A DNA stretch of 64,000 nt. Origin: a virus. A program made the translations under genes and the position numbers. Below, one piece after another: positions 26,770-36,392 of the stretch. Positions within the stretch are counted from its first letter, which is position 1. Each line of letters opens with the position of its first letter. The notes under the pieces are model-generated. The model searched no databases. It worked only from the letters and a program-made list of their open reading frames with translations, and was not told the origin of the DNA. Location: positions 1 to 64,000 of IMG/VR virus record IMGVR_UViG_3300047356_000838, one strand, 5' to 3'.

Positions 26770-27144
26770 TTATAGTTCTCCCTTTGCTCGCATCTCTGCA
26801 CGAATATTTGTAGCACTAATTGCTTTAAGTTCTGGTTCTAAATCATGTTCAGTAAATGTATAACCTACGCCTCTGCCGTAACTGATGTCCACAACATTAG
26901 GTACACGCATTACAATATATTGTATGCTGTATTCATAACCTGCTGCACTGAGTCCATCACGGATACCATGCCATACTTGTTCATAGTCAAATGGATTATC
27001 TTCCCAGCCTTGCACATCACGCACCATGATAACAACTTGTCCTGTTACACTAAGAGCACGTTTAAACAACGCTGTGTGGGCATCATGCCAGGGTTGCCAT
27101 CTGCCCAGCATTTGTGCTGTGGGCTTGCGCCAATCAAAACTCAT
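26770..27144 (-). CDS. HxGH-type nucleotidyltransferase (cytidylyltransferase/NMNAT-like)
   Basis: LGRWQPWHDAH, NPF, YGRGVGY, ISATNIR. Confidence 0.82.
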   Translation of the reverse strand: MSFDWRKPTAQMLGRWQPWHDAHTALFKRALSVTGQVVIMVRDVQGWEDNPFDYEQVWHGIRDGLSAAGYEYSIQYIVMRVPNVVDISYGRGVGYTFTEHDLEPELKAISATNIRAEMRAKGEL

Positions 27145-27368
27145 GATAAATTTTCAATCTTATTGACAATTGATGCATATGATAATGTCTCAATATGTTT
27201 AATAACATCAATGCGTATAGCGACTTGCTTGTGCAAATCATCTACTACTTCATGAACATCTTTGTCTTTACCAGGTCCTGATTTAATTAGTGCAGACTTT
27301 TGCTCTGTAATCAGTGCTAGTATTTCTTTTCTAAGTGCTTCAATCGCAACTTCTTTCCAGTTTTCCAT
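27141..27368 (-). CDS. Helical hypothetical protein
   Basis: ATG at 27368, directly after the cytochrome c stop. Confidence 0.6.
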   Translation of the reverse strand: MENWKEVAIEALRKEILALITEQKSALIKSGPGKDKDVHEVVDDLHKQVAIRIDVIKHIETLSYASIVNKIENLS

Positions 27369-27369
27369 G

Positions 27370-27795
27370 TTACTTTTCGCCCATGCTCTTAAGATATTCA
27401 ATAATAGCACCGCGTTTTTCAGCACTCTTTTGTCTGTAGCTCATGTTTGTGCCTTTTACTAACTTCTTACTGTTAGTTAGCCAGGCATCCAGTAGTTCTT
27501 CTGTCCACTGTGGATTCTCATGAGCCCAAGCACTAAACTCTTTACTGTACCTGTTGTAAGCACCTGAACCTCCTAAAACAGACAAGGCGGGAAAAGCTGA
27601 ATTATCGTCTGCTACGCTTGTACCAACGCCGCGATTCATGATGTTCCAAAGATTTGGACCAAGTTTTTTTATGCTAGAATCTTGCTCAATACTGTGACAA
27701 ATACCGCAATTTCTTTTAAATTCATCTTTTCCGTCCAGTGCTAGTGCTTGCCCTGGAACTAACAATACTGCTATTGTTAATAATACTTTATACAT
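27370..27795 (-). CDS. Class I cytochrome c (c2/CycM-like), exported
   Basis: Signal peptide ending ALA; CGICH heme motif; GPNL; W.EE.L..WL; GTNM axial Met. Confidence 0.92.
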   Translation of the reverse strand: MYKVLLTIAVLLVPGQALALDGKDEFKRNCGICHSIEQDSSIKKLGPNLWNIMNRGVGTSVADDNSAFPALSVLGGSGAYNRYSKEFSAWAHENPQWTEELLDAWLTNSKKLVKGTNMSYRQKSAEKRGAIIEYLKSMGEK

Positions 27796-28268
27796 TATAG
27801 TCTCTCCGTGGGTTTTCCTTGCTGTGCAAGTATATAATTATTTACGACTTTTGTAAGTTCTGTATGTGTGTCATTAAACCATGTTGCAACATTATAGTTA
27901 GCGTTTTGCACTGGTTCAAAAATTGAATCAGTGTGTGCAAATGTAGTGCCTGGTGCTGCAGGTTTAGTGCTTTTACTTGCTTCCAGTGTATTCATAAACA
28001 CTGTGTAGTCTGCTGCAAATTCTGCACGGGCTGCACTAGTAGGACAAACAAAGTCTGCTACTGCAATTCTACCTGCCATTACTACACCATCTGCTAGGTG
28101 ACGCATGCGTTGTGCTTGACGTAAACGACCTTCTAAACTAAAGTCCCAGTCATCATACAGTGTTCTTACTTGATCTGCATTTAGCCAAATGCCATTTATT
28201 AGTTCTGCAAAAGGTTCTGCCAGTGTGCTTTTGCCGCTGCCAGGTAATCCGCATATTAGTATTTTCAT
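27795..28268 (-). CDS. APS-kinase-like P-loop kinase
   Basis: GLPGSGKST, NADQVR...DWDFS.EGR.RQA.RM, DFVCP, FEP. Confidence 0.8.
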   Translation of the reverse strand: MKILICGLPGSGKSTLAEPFAELINGIWLNADQVRTLYDDWDFSLEGRLRQAQRMRHLADGVVMAGRIAVADFVCPTSAARAEFAADYTVFMNTLEASKSTKPAAPGTTFAHTDSIFEPVQNANYNVATWFNDTHTELTKVVNNYILAQQGKPTERL

Positions 28269-29353
28269 CGTAAACTCTCGAGTTGTCTTTGTTCGTGGTC
28301 TCTATCGCTCCAGTGATAATCATAGGTAGCACTGCTTGATCCGCACTCTATTTTATAAATGTCTAGATAGTTGCCCATTTGTCGCCATATGTCCTGAGCA
28401 TCCGCTGTTCCAAAACTATTTAGCAGGTCAACTTCTCCCAGTTTTAAATAGCCTAAACTAAGTTTAGGATCATAGGGATTGAACTTATTTGCTGCTAACC
28501 AATTTTGAAATCCATCTATTTCTTTACAGTGCCAGGGACTGTGAGTATCATACACAACATCATTGCCCCACTCAACATCAAACTCTCCGCTGTAGTATTG
28601 CAAATGTGTAATTGCTTCACATACAGTATCAGTAAGTTCTGGTGCACCCTCATCTCTGTACACTTCCATAAGTGTCTTACCAATTTGACACCAGTGCATA
28701 TATACGCCGCCTAGTTCCCTGTCATAACTATTGTCCAAAAAACCTTGTCTGTGTTCGTCTGTAAGCGTGTGTCTAGGCGCACGAAGAAATGTTGTGATTT
28801 GACTGGGACGAACCCAAAATGGTTCTACTTGTGCTTTGCGTTGACTTAGTACTAAACTTTCTATTTCATGACAAATATTGTTCAGTTGTCTTACTGCGTA
28901 TGTTGTTTCCACAGTCATTTGTGATGCATATTCACTTGGATCTTCCACAGTTCCTTGTAGTAATTCAAAATGATTATGTAGCAAATTCATAACATCATGT
29001 TTTAATCTAAGGCCATGATTATTTTTGTTATCAGTGTACAAACCAACGGGATAATTTTCATCAAACCTTACTGTATCCTCACAGAAGTGTTCTTCAATAA
29101 CATAATCTAAATTGCTTGTGTTTATAGTGCGTATATGTTTATTAAGATTATTGCAAAGATATTTTAGATCACGCTGTGTATAGGGAAAGCCGTGGAAGCA
29201 ATAGTTTTTTTCTAAGTGCAAACTTTTTTGCAGCACATCTTGTTCAAGTGCCACTATCCAGTCCTGTGCTAGTTGATTATCTGCAGGAACAATATTATAA
29301 TCCGCTAGTTCTCCAGTTTCATAATTTCTTAATACTACTTTAACAGATTTCAT
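28265..29353 (-). CDS. Hypothetical protein of the modification cluster
   Basis: 362-aa coupled ORF; NLLHNHFE and NNICHEIE motifs. Confidence 0.75.
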   Translation of the reverse strand: MKSVKVVLRNYETGELADYNIVPADNQLAQDWIVALEQDVLQKSLHLEKNYCFHGFPYTQRDLKYLCNNLNKHIRTINTSNLDYVIEEHFCEDTVRFDENYPVGLYTDNKNNHGLRLKHDVMNLLHNHFELLQGTVEDPSEYASQMTVETTYAVRQLNNICHEIESLVLSQRKAQVEPFWVRPSQITTFLRAPRHTLTDEHRQGFLDNSYDRELGGVYMHWCQIGKTLMEVYRDEGAPELTDTVCEAITHLQYYSGEFDVEWGNDVVYDTHSPWHCKEIDGFQNWLAANKFNPYDPKLSLGYLKLGEVDLLNSFGTADAQDIWRQMGNYLDIYKIECGSSSATYDYHWSDRDHEQRQLESLR

Positions 29354-30620
29354 CCCAAAACTCTCTTGCTTGTATCGTACCCAGTGTATCTCTAAACTTC
29401 ATACCGCCGCGCAAATTGTCCATGGCTTGCATACGCCACTTGCCTTTGATTCTGCCTTTAGCAAACTCGTCTGGAAACTCTTCCTCAAAAGTTGGACGAG
29501 TTAATAAACTTTTTAACATTTCTCTTATTGTACGATTATCCACGTAGTCAGTCAATAACAATTCATTTACAATATGATCTAATATTTCTCGTGGAAGAAA
29601 CAGTGGCGACATTGCAATATCTGGTGTAAATGCAAACGTAACTTTTGCAAGTATGTCTACGTTTAATTCTCTTGCCAGACGGCATATGTTTACTATTTCA
29701 AATAGTCCAGGCAGTGTAAGTGTAAAGTCAATGCGCATCTTACGTCTATCACCATGAGTATACTCTAACCCTTGTTTAAAGTTTGCTAACCATTCCTCAT
29801 AGTTTAATCCTGTGCGTATATACTCACCTACAGCGCCTGTGCCATCTATGCTTGCACATATTTGCCAATCACGAATGTTGGCAAGTATATCCTTATACAA
29901 GTTTACGCCACGATAATCAACACGACTTAGGTTTGTATTATATCGTGCATACAATCCAGGCCCATCACCCAGTTCTATGATGCGTTGCATATAACGCCAA
30001 TGCTGTTCATACATGAGTGGCTCTCCACCTACCCAGTATACTTCTTCAATACGATGTTCTTCAACTGCAGTTGCAAACTCTGCTTCCACAGTATCCTTTT
30101 GGAATTTTTCAATAGCACGTTTAACAGGCTTTTCCATCCAAGGTTCTATTTTGCCTTGCTTGCGAGCTTCTGTTTCCCAACTGCTACTAAGCATAGGTCC
30201 ACACATACGACATTTAAAATTGCACAAGTTACTAAAACGATAGTCCCAACTTACAGGCTTCATGGTTGTATAACCATCTGCATCTGTGCTAGTAATGACT
30301 TGGTCCCATTTGTGCTTAAACAAATGTGTGAAGTAATCTCTGTATACGTCTTGGTTAAGAAGTTTTTTATCACATACTTGACACGCATCTGGAACTTCAT
30401 TGTTTAACATTTGTCTACGGATACTGCGAATGCCTGCTCCGTTCCAGTATTCTTCCAGTGTTTCTGGAGTGTACTCGTTGTCGCCTTCTGCTGTGTCAAT
30501 GTACTGCGTAAAGCTCTGTGCAGGTTCACGACTGGCACAGCACAGTCGTCTTTCAGTTTGTGGGCTGAGATAGGTGTGCGTCCATGGCGCCATGCATAGA
30601 TTTTCAGGTTTAGACATCAA
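29340..30620 (-). CDS. Radical SAM enzyme with an N-terminal twitch/SPASM domain (paralogue 6)
   Basis: CMAPW..CC..CQVC, then CNFKCRMC, GGEPL, YNTN. Confidence 0.9.
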   Translation of the reverse strand: MMSKPENLCMAPWTHTYLSPQTERRLCCASREPAQSFTQYIDTAEGDNEYTPETLEEYWNGAGIRSIRRQMLNNEVPDACQVCDKKLLNQDVYRDYFTHLFKHKWDQVITSTDADGYTTMKPVSWDYRFSNLCNFKCRMCGPMLSSSWETEARKQGKIEPWMEKPVKRAIEKFQKDTVEAEFATAVEEHRIEEVYWVGGEPLMYEQHWRYMQRIIELGDGPGLYARYNTNLSRVDYRGVNLYKDILANIRDWQICASIDGTGAVGEYIRTGLNYEEWLANFKQGLEYTHGDRRKMRIDFTLTLPGLFEIVNICRLARELNVDILAKVTFAFTPDIAMSPLFLPREILDHIVNELLLTDYVDNRTIREMLKSLLTRPTFEEEFPDEFAKGRIKGKWRMQAMDNLRGGMKFRDTLGTIQAREFWDEIC

Positions 30621-31266
30621 AGTATACCATATTATATTGTTGTGTTATATCTTTATATAAATCTTGTTTGTGCGATACATGCTCCTGAGCAAGTGCTTTA
30701 TTCTCAAAAATAGGACATTCATTTAAAAAAAGTCTATCAATTCCTAAACACCATCCTAACCATATGTTACTGTTAATATTCCCGAAATATATACTTGGAT
30801 CTATACAGGTAGTTTTAAAATTTTCAATACATCTGGCTGCAATCTCGTAATCTTTGGTATAGTCTATTTTTGCCTCGTCGAACATAGTAAAGCAATCTTT
30901 GATAAATTTTTCTGGGTCAATATAAAGATCATCATAGTTAATGTGCAAATTTTCTTTATAAAAGATTATTGACGAATTTGCTACTTGATTAAAAAGCTCA
31001 AGTTGCTTGGAGACCTGTTGTGTATGTTGTTTACGGTCAGTTATATTATACTTAATGACAGCGTTTAAATACATATTAAATTTATAGTTGCCGCAAAAAT
31101 ACTTACAATTATCTTTTTCATCGTGGGTTAATATAATATCATTACTTCTAATAGATTGATGAAAGTTAGTACCTATATGCAATTGCTGTGTACTGTCTTG
31201 TAACATGCTTAACATATTACTAACAAAGTTTCCGCCTGCACCACCAAGAAAACACAATACCAGCAT
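30610..31266 (-). CDS. Sulfotransferase-like / P-loop-like hypothetical protein
   Basis: N-terminal strand plus GGAGGNFV loop, THD, INYDDL; visibly AT-rich. Confidence 0.45.
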   Translation of the reverse strand: MLVLCFLGGAGGNFVSNMLSMLQDSTQQLHIGTNFHQSIRSNDIILTHDEKDNCKYFCGNYKFNMYLNAVIKYNITDRKQHTQQVSKQLELFNQVANSSIIFYKENLHINYDDLYIDPEKFIKDCFTMFDEAKIDYTKDYEIAARCIENFKTTCIDPSIYFGNINSNIWLGWCLGIDRLFLNECPIFENKALAQEHVSHKQDLYKDITQQYNMVYFDV

Positions 31267-31268
31267 AA

Positions 31269-32441
31269 TTAAAGCTCATAACCAATTACTTTTGCCATCT
31301 TAGCGTGACTTCCTGCAAAATTTTGATTACGATACAAGTCCGTTTGGCGCAGTTTAGTATGCAGTGATTCGCCGTTCTCTTTCCCACCTGAATTAACTAT
31401 CATTTGTTTTAGTGCAACAATATCATCTTTATATTTGCTGTGTTTTATCTGTTGCTTTTGTAAGTATAACATAACAGGACTGCGAGCACCTCTAGGTATA
31501 CAACTTAGACTGAACTCCCAGGGATCATGCATTACGTTAAAATGTACGCTATTAAAATCCATAGTATCTGCCCAGGTTAATATTTCATCCAAGTAATAAA
31601 TGTTTTGAACGTTCCAGGTACAGCATAACTGCGTACTAATTGGATAGCCACTGTCTCTGAGTGCATGTACCTTTTTTATGTTAGCATTACTAGTCTCCCA
31701 GTTTGCGCCATAGCGTTCATATTCAAAACGTTCTTCAGTATTGTCTACACTAAATGCTATTTGCACATGTTTAAAATGCTGCCATATCGTGGGATCTTTT
31801 GGATACTGTGTAGTGTTTGTATTGTAATGGATGTCAATATCTTTAGCAAGTCCTCGATCAACTGCACGTTGTAATAGATCAAAATGCTCCTTGATCATCC
31901 ATGGTTCGCCGCCAGTAAATTCAAAATATTTTATTTGTGGCAGTATCTCATCTAACTGTGTCCAAAAATGTTCACTTTCTCTGGGCCATTGTCCTGCCCG
32001 TAACCAAGTACGAGCAATATGATTTTTACTGTCATCTACATAGTCTAATTCTTCTTTTGCCCATTTGCTGCTACTCCAACTACCACATATTCTACATTTT
32101 AAATTACAAATGTTTCCAAGTTTTAAATCTAAGAAAACAAGTTCTTCGCCATTGTTGTCTTTGTATTCAATGTTAAGATGTTTAAACTTTTCCAACATGT
32201 ATTCACGTTTTGATTTTTTGCCAGCATCTTCTTCACGCCAGCAGTTACGACAACCATCAGGTTTTTCGCCTCTGCGGAAACTACGGCGCAGATCACGCAT
32301 TGTCTTGCTGTTGAACGCATCCTCTAGTGTATGTGTTTTAAGATCAACGTTGGGTATTTCATCAGTATACAAACAACAAGGGCGTGTTGTTCCCAGCGGA
32401 GTTGTTTCAATGCTAATCCATGGAAGTATGCATCTACTCAT
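31269..32441 (-). CDS. N-terminal twitch radical SAM enzyme (paralogue 5)
   Basis: CILPW..PCC..CRNC; CNLKCRIC; GGEP; YNTN. Confidence 0.9.
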   Translation of the reverse strand: MSRCILPWISIETTPLGTTRPCCLYTDEIPNVDLKTHTLEDAFNSKTMRDLRRSFRRGEKPDGCRNCWREEDAGKKSKREYMLEKFKHLNIEYKDNNGEELVFLDLKLGNICNLKCRICGSWSSSKWAKEELDYVDDSKNHIARTWLRAGQWPRESEHFWTQLDEILPQIKYFEFTGGEPWMIKEHFDLLQRAVDRGLAKDIDIHYNTNTTQYPKDPTIWQHFKHVQIAFSVDNTEERFEYERYGANWETSNANIKKVHALRDSGYPISTQLCCTWNVQNIYYLDEILTWADTMDFNSVHFNVMHDPWEFSLSCIPRGARSPVMLYLQKQQIKHSKYKDDIVALKQMIVNSGGKENGESLHTKLRQTDLYRNQNFAGSHAKMAKVIGYEL

Positions 32442-33741
32442 ATTGTGCTAAACCTTGTAGTTCAGGAAACACTGTATAAAAGTTTTCTGTACGCACTGCG
32501 TCCAACTGCTTGGTAACATGATTAAACTTGGGCAAATGCTGTGTATTGTCAGTATTATTCATAAAACTAATTGTACTGCGGAAACCATTTGTTGCACGTT
32601 GCAAATGATCCTGAGGTTCTAGCCATGCAATGTGCTCTTCTAGTTTTTGTGTTGCTTGTGCTTTTAGTTCTTTGGGTAAACAATCTGCACGATACCAATC
32701 AGGTGATTGCAGTATGTTTACGTTTAAGTCCTGTGCTTTGAGCAATCCACTGTCTACCCACGCTCTATGAAAATCAGGCACATGTAGTACATTCATTAAA
32801 CTTACTGTTGGACTAATGTAAAAGTCTACGTCAGGACACACTTCTAGCATGCGTTGTCTGTTGTGTACAATTTTATTCCAGTCACACCCACTGCGCATTA
32901 GTTCTGCACGATCTCCACTGGCATCCAAACTTGCGCCAATACTAACACTATCAAACATACCCCAATAGTCCAGCACATCTAAATCTTTATACAGCGTTTC
33001 ATTAAAGTTTGTATTATAAATTAATTTAACATCAAAACGTTTGCGACGAACAAGTTCTTTAAGTATGTTATAGTGTTCCTGCATAATCAGAGGTTCACCA
33101 CCTGCAAAATATATTTGCTCTATGTGGTCAATGTGTGGGATCATTTGTTCCCATATATCAGTCTTATTCTTACCTGCCCATTCTATACGCTTGTGATTAG
33201 GTGCTTGTCCATGCATTTTAACATGATCATCATACCACAAACTGCTAAACATAGGACCGCAACTGCGACACTTTAGATTACACTGATTACTAAAACGAAT
33301 ATCCCAGTATACTAGTTCAAAGTCTGGATTAACACCCTGATCTACTTTGTCAATGTGATGCCCAAAGTGTTTGTTGTGGCTGTTTCTCATACTAAAGAAG
33401 CCTTGCGCTTCCTGTTCGTAGCAGCGTGTGCATTCTTTGCAAGGTTTGTCAGCAAGCATGCGTTCACGCATTTGGACATAATTTGACCCGTTCCAAATTT
33501 CCTCTAATGAATTATCTCGCATGTTGCCGATAGGGTGTTCCATTTCAGCCAAACAACAAGGGTATGCTTCGCCTGTTGGAAATCCGTGTATGTGCGTCCA
33601 TGGAATCATACAAAAGTACTTGCTTTCCATTAAACGCTTTTGCTGGTCTTCACGCAAACTTTCTAACTTAACAAACACAGGACGTCTGCTGTTGTAGTCA
33701 TATGTTTCGTAATATTTGTCTGTTTTTTCAGAGCGACTCAT
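32434..33741 (-). CDS. N-terminal twitch radical SAM enzyme (paralogue 4)
   Basis: CMIPW..PCC..CTRC; CNLKCRSC; GGEPL; YNTN. Confidence 0.9.
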   Translation of the reverse strand: MSRSEKTDKYYETYDYNSRRPVFVKLESLREDQQKRLMESKYFCMIPWTHIHGFPTGEAYPCCLAEMEHPIGNMRDNSLEEIWNGSNYVQMRERMLADKPCKECTRCYEQEAQGFFSMRNSHNKHFGHHIDKVDQGVNPDFELVYWDIRFSNQCNLKCRSCGPMFSSLWYDDHVKMHGQAPNHKRIEWAGKNKTDIWEQMIPHIDHIEQIYFAGGEPLIMQEHYNILKELVRRKRFDVKLIYNTNFNETLYKDLDVLDYWGMFDSVSIGASLDASGDRAELMRSGCDWNKIVHNRQRMLEVCPDVDFYISPTVSLMNVLHVPDFHRAWVDSGLLKAQDLNVNILQSPDWYRADCLPKELKAQATQKLEEHIAWLEPQDHLQRATNGFRSTISFMNNTDNTQHLPKFNHVTKQLDAVRTENFYTVFPELQGLAQYE

Positions 33742-35056
33742 ACCATTCCTCTAGTTCTGGAAACGCCCGTGCAAATGTGTGATTGCGGCGTACATCATAT
33801 TGTGTGTAAAACTTTTTAAAGTCGTTGTGCAAGCGTGGCATTTCAAATGCTTCGTTGTGTGGTTTCTCAACCACTTGCAAATACTCAATTAATCTGTCCA
33901 GTTGTCCACGCTCCCAGTCTTGCATGTTAGATAAGTCAAGTTGTTTTAGTCTACTAACACAAGCATCTTTAATAGGTTGCGGTAACACCAAACAACTCTG
34001 GAAACTTGGAAAGCGCAGTATATTATAACTCATTACTGCAAACCCATTGCCAAATAGAGTTCTTGCACGAAGTATTTTTTCAATCATATCAGGCAGTGTT
34101 GGTAGACACAGCGCATTAATTGTCATCATACAGTGTGTGTCAATATCTGCAAAGTGTAGTTTTAACAAGTTTTTCCACCACTGGTCGAAGTCTAATCCGT
34201 CACGGATGTATTCAGCACTGTATCCTGTTGCTTCCATACTAGTGTAAATATTTAAACTAGGCAAGTGTGTTCTTGCTTCTACTAATCTATCTATTAGTTC
34301 AGGTTTGCCGCCGAGGTTACTATTAATAGCAAGACCGGTCTGACTTTTATCTGCGTTTAGTTTAAACCAATCAAACAATCTCCAAAGTTCTGCACTCATA
34401 ATAGGTTCACCGCCTGTGATGCGCAGTTCACGCAGTGTGCGATGTAGGTCAGTGTCCCACCATTTAAAAAATGCTTCTACATATGGATTTGTTTCGCCGA
34501 ACTTGTACAGTTGGTTCTTATCGTGCGGATGTGTGAAGTGGTTACGTCCATCACTTTGTAGATCATTGTAACTGCCTTTTTGTTTTATATCTTTTACCCA
34601 TGTTGTGCTAAATGCGGGATTGCAATAACTGCAAGCAAAGTTGCATGTTCTATCAAAGGCAATCTCAAGGGTAATGAGATCAACATCTTCATCATGTGGT
34701 GTAGCGTATGCATTTTTAAGTTCCTCACTAGTATATATCTTGGATTTGTAAACACGGTCACTTATAAATGACTTGCCCATGTCCTCAATTTTCCAACAGT
34801 ATTCACAACCACTGGGACGTTCACCGCACTGCATTTGTCTACGCTGTTCTTTTTTCTCAGGTGTGTTGTGCAACAGTTTTGGATTTTCTAGCACTAGTTC
34901 TGGATTGACTAGATGTGCTGGCGGATGATGACAACTGGTAGTCATACCGCTGCCAAGCCATATAGTAGCGTTGTACCACTTGGCTGCGCAGAAACTTGCG
35001 CTCTTAGTGTCTAAATGGTTTGCTTTAAATATTAGATCTGTTTGCATACTGTTCAC
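33728..35056 (-). CDS. N-terminal twitch radical SAM enzyme (paralogue 3)
   Basis: CAAKW..SCHHP..CEYCW; CNFACSYC; GGEP; NSN. Confidence 0.9.
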   Translation of the reverse strand: MNSMQTDLIFKANHLDTKSASFCAAKWYNATIWLGSGMTTSCHHPPAHLVNPELVLENPKLLHNTPEKKEQRRQMQCGERPSGCEYCWKIEDMGKSFISDRVYKSKIYTSEELKNAYATPHDEDVDLITLEIAFDRTCNFACSYCNPAFSTTWVKDIKQKGSYNDLQSDGRNHFTHPHDKNQLYKFGETNPYVEAFFKWWDTDLHRTLRELRITGGEPIMSAELWRLFDWFKLNADKSQTGLAINSNLGGKPELIDRLVEARTHLPSLNIYTSMEATGYSAEYIRDGLDFDQWWKNLLKLHFADIDTHCMMTINALCLPTLPDMIEKILRARTLFGNGFAVMSYNILRFPSFQSCLVLPQPIKDACVSRLKQLDLSNMQDWERGQLDRLIEYLQVVEKPHNEAFEMPRLHNDFKKFYTQYDVRRNHTFARAFPELEEWYESL

Positions 35057-36392
35057 ACTGTTGCCAAAATGTTTTCATCTCTGGAAAGGTTTCTAAAAAA
35101 TTTGTTTCTCTGCGTCGGTCATGTTCACTAAAGAATTTGTAAAAATCTCCACGCTTGCGTTCTACATCTGTAGTACCTTGTAACATCCAATCCAAATCAC
35201 GTTGCATTTTTAGCACTTCATAGTCTTTGAATCCATGCATTTCGTGCATGTTATCTTGCATATAGCGTATACATTCTTGCATTACTATTTGATATTCCAT
35301 GGGCAATATTTGCATGCTTTGCCACTCAGGAGTATAGAGTAAAGGTGTATCAAACCATATACGCTGATAGGTATCAGTGTAAGTTTTACGCAAGTATACA
35401 ATGTATTCTAACAATTTTTTAAGAGAAAGTATACTTAAATTATTCATTGTAATGATGAATGTCAGGCTACTACGACGTGGAACATCTCGAACAAATTCTT
35501 CACATCTATTTATAGCAAGATCAAAGTCCAATCCATGACGTATATATTCTGCTTGTTTACCCCAGGTGTCCAAACTAACAAACTGCATAAAGTGTTCAAT
35601 TTGCTCACCTTCGCACAGGCGTTGCACATAACCTTTGTACTTGTCCCATACCTTAGCGTCAACACTAAAATTACTTGTGGTGTTAAGATGTAGATCAGGC
35701 TTTGGATTATCTAACACATAGTCAAACACACGATATGTGTTTGGATCCATTGTGGGCTCACCGCCTGTCATTCTGAAGTGTTTAAGATCCTTGTATAGAG
35801 CTGGCCACCATCGCCAGAAGGCTTCGCGGTAGGGGTTGTCTTCTCTGTTGGGAATAGCCCGTCTTTTGCCCACAAAGTGTTGGGGGTCATTGTGCGGTAC
35901 AGTTGTGGGCCATGCTCCGTGTTCCTTTGATTCTGCTGTCCAGGTGCTGCTAAACTGAGGACTGCAATAACTGCAACTAAGATTACAAACATTATTAAAA
36001 TTTACCTCTACATAACTTGGGTTAACATCCGCAAGTGGGTTGTTAACTATTTCATCAAAACTCTGCATGGCCCAGGGCTCGCCGCTGCGGTAATGACGGT
36101 CACTTATATTGCCTTGTGATTCTATGTTCCAACAATAATTACAATCACTGCACTTAGTTCCCTCCATCATTTCTAGTCGACTTTGTTTTTTGTGTGCAGT
36201 GTTGTGTAACGCACTGGGATTTTCTGCTAGTGGTTCCACAGGAATAGGATGCAATGGTGGATGGTAGCAACTGTTTGTATGACCAGTTGTTAAATGCAAA
36301 CTAACTTGTTTCCATTTTGCCAAACAAAAACTATCACTTACTGTTGCAAGTTTATCTTTTGCAGTTAGTGCATCGTTGTAATAATCACTCAT
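35025..36392 (-). CDS. N-terminal twitch radical SAM enzyme (paralogue 2)
   Basis: CLAKW..SCYHP..CNYCW; CNLSCSYC; GGEP; TSN. Confidence 0.9.
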   Translation of the reverse strand: MSDYYNDALTAKDKLATVSDSFCLAKWKQVSLHLTTGHTNSCYHPPLHPIPVEPLAENPSALHNTAHKKQSRLEMMEGTKCSDCNYCWNIESQGNISDRHYRSGEPWAMQSFDEIVNNPLADVNPSYVEVNFNNVCNLSCSYCSPQFSSTWTAESKEHGAWPTTVPHNDPQHFVGKRRAIPNREDNPYREAFWRWWPALYKDLKHFRMTGGEPTMDPNTYRVFDYVLDNPKPDLHLNTTSNFSVDAKVWDKYKGYVQRLCEGEQIEHFMQFVSLDTWGKQAEYIRHGLDFDLAINRCEEFVRDVPRRSSLTFIITMNNLSILSLKKLLEYIVYLRKTYTDTYQRIWFDTPLLYTPEWQSMQILPMEYQIVMQECIRYMQDNMHEMHGFKDYEVLKMQRDLDWMLQGTTDVERKRGDFYKFFSEHDRRRETNFLETFPEMKTFWQQCEQYANRSNI

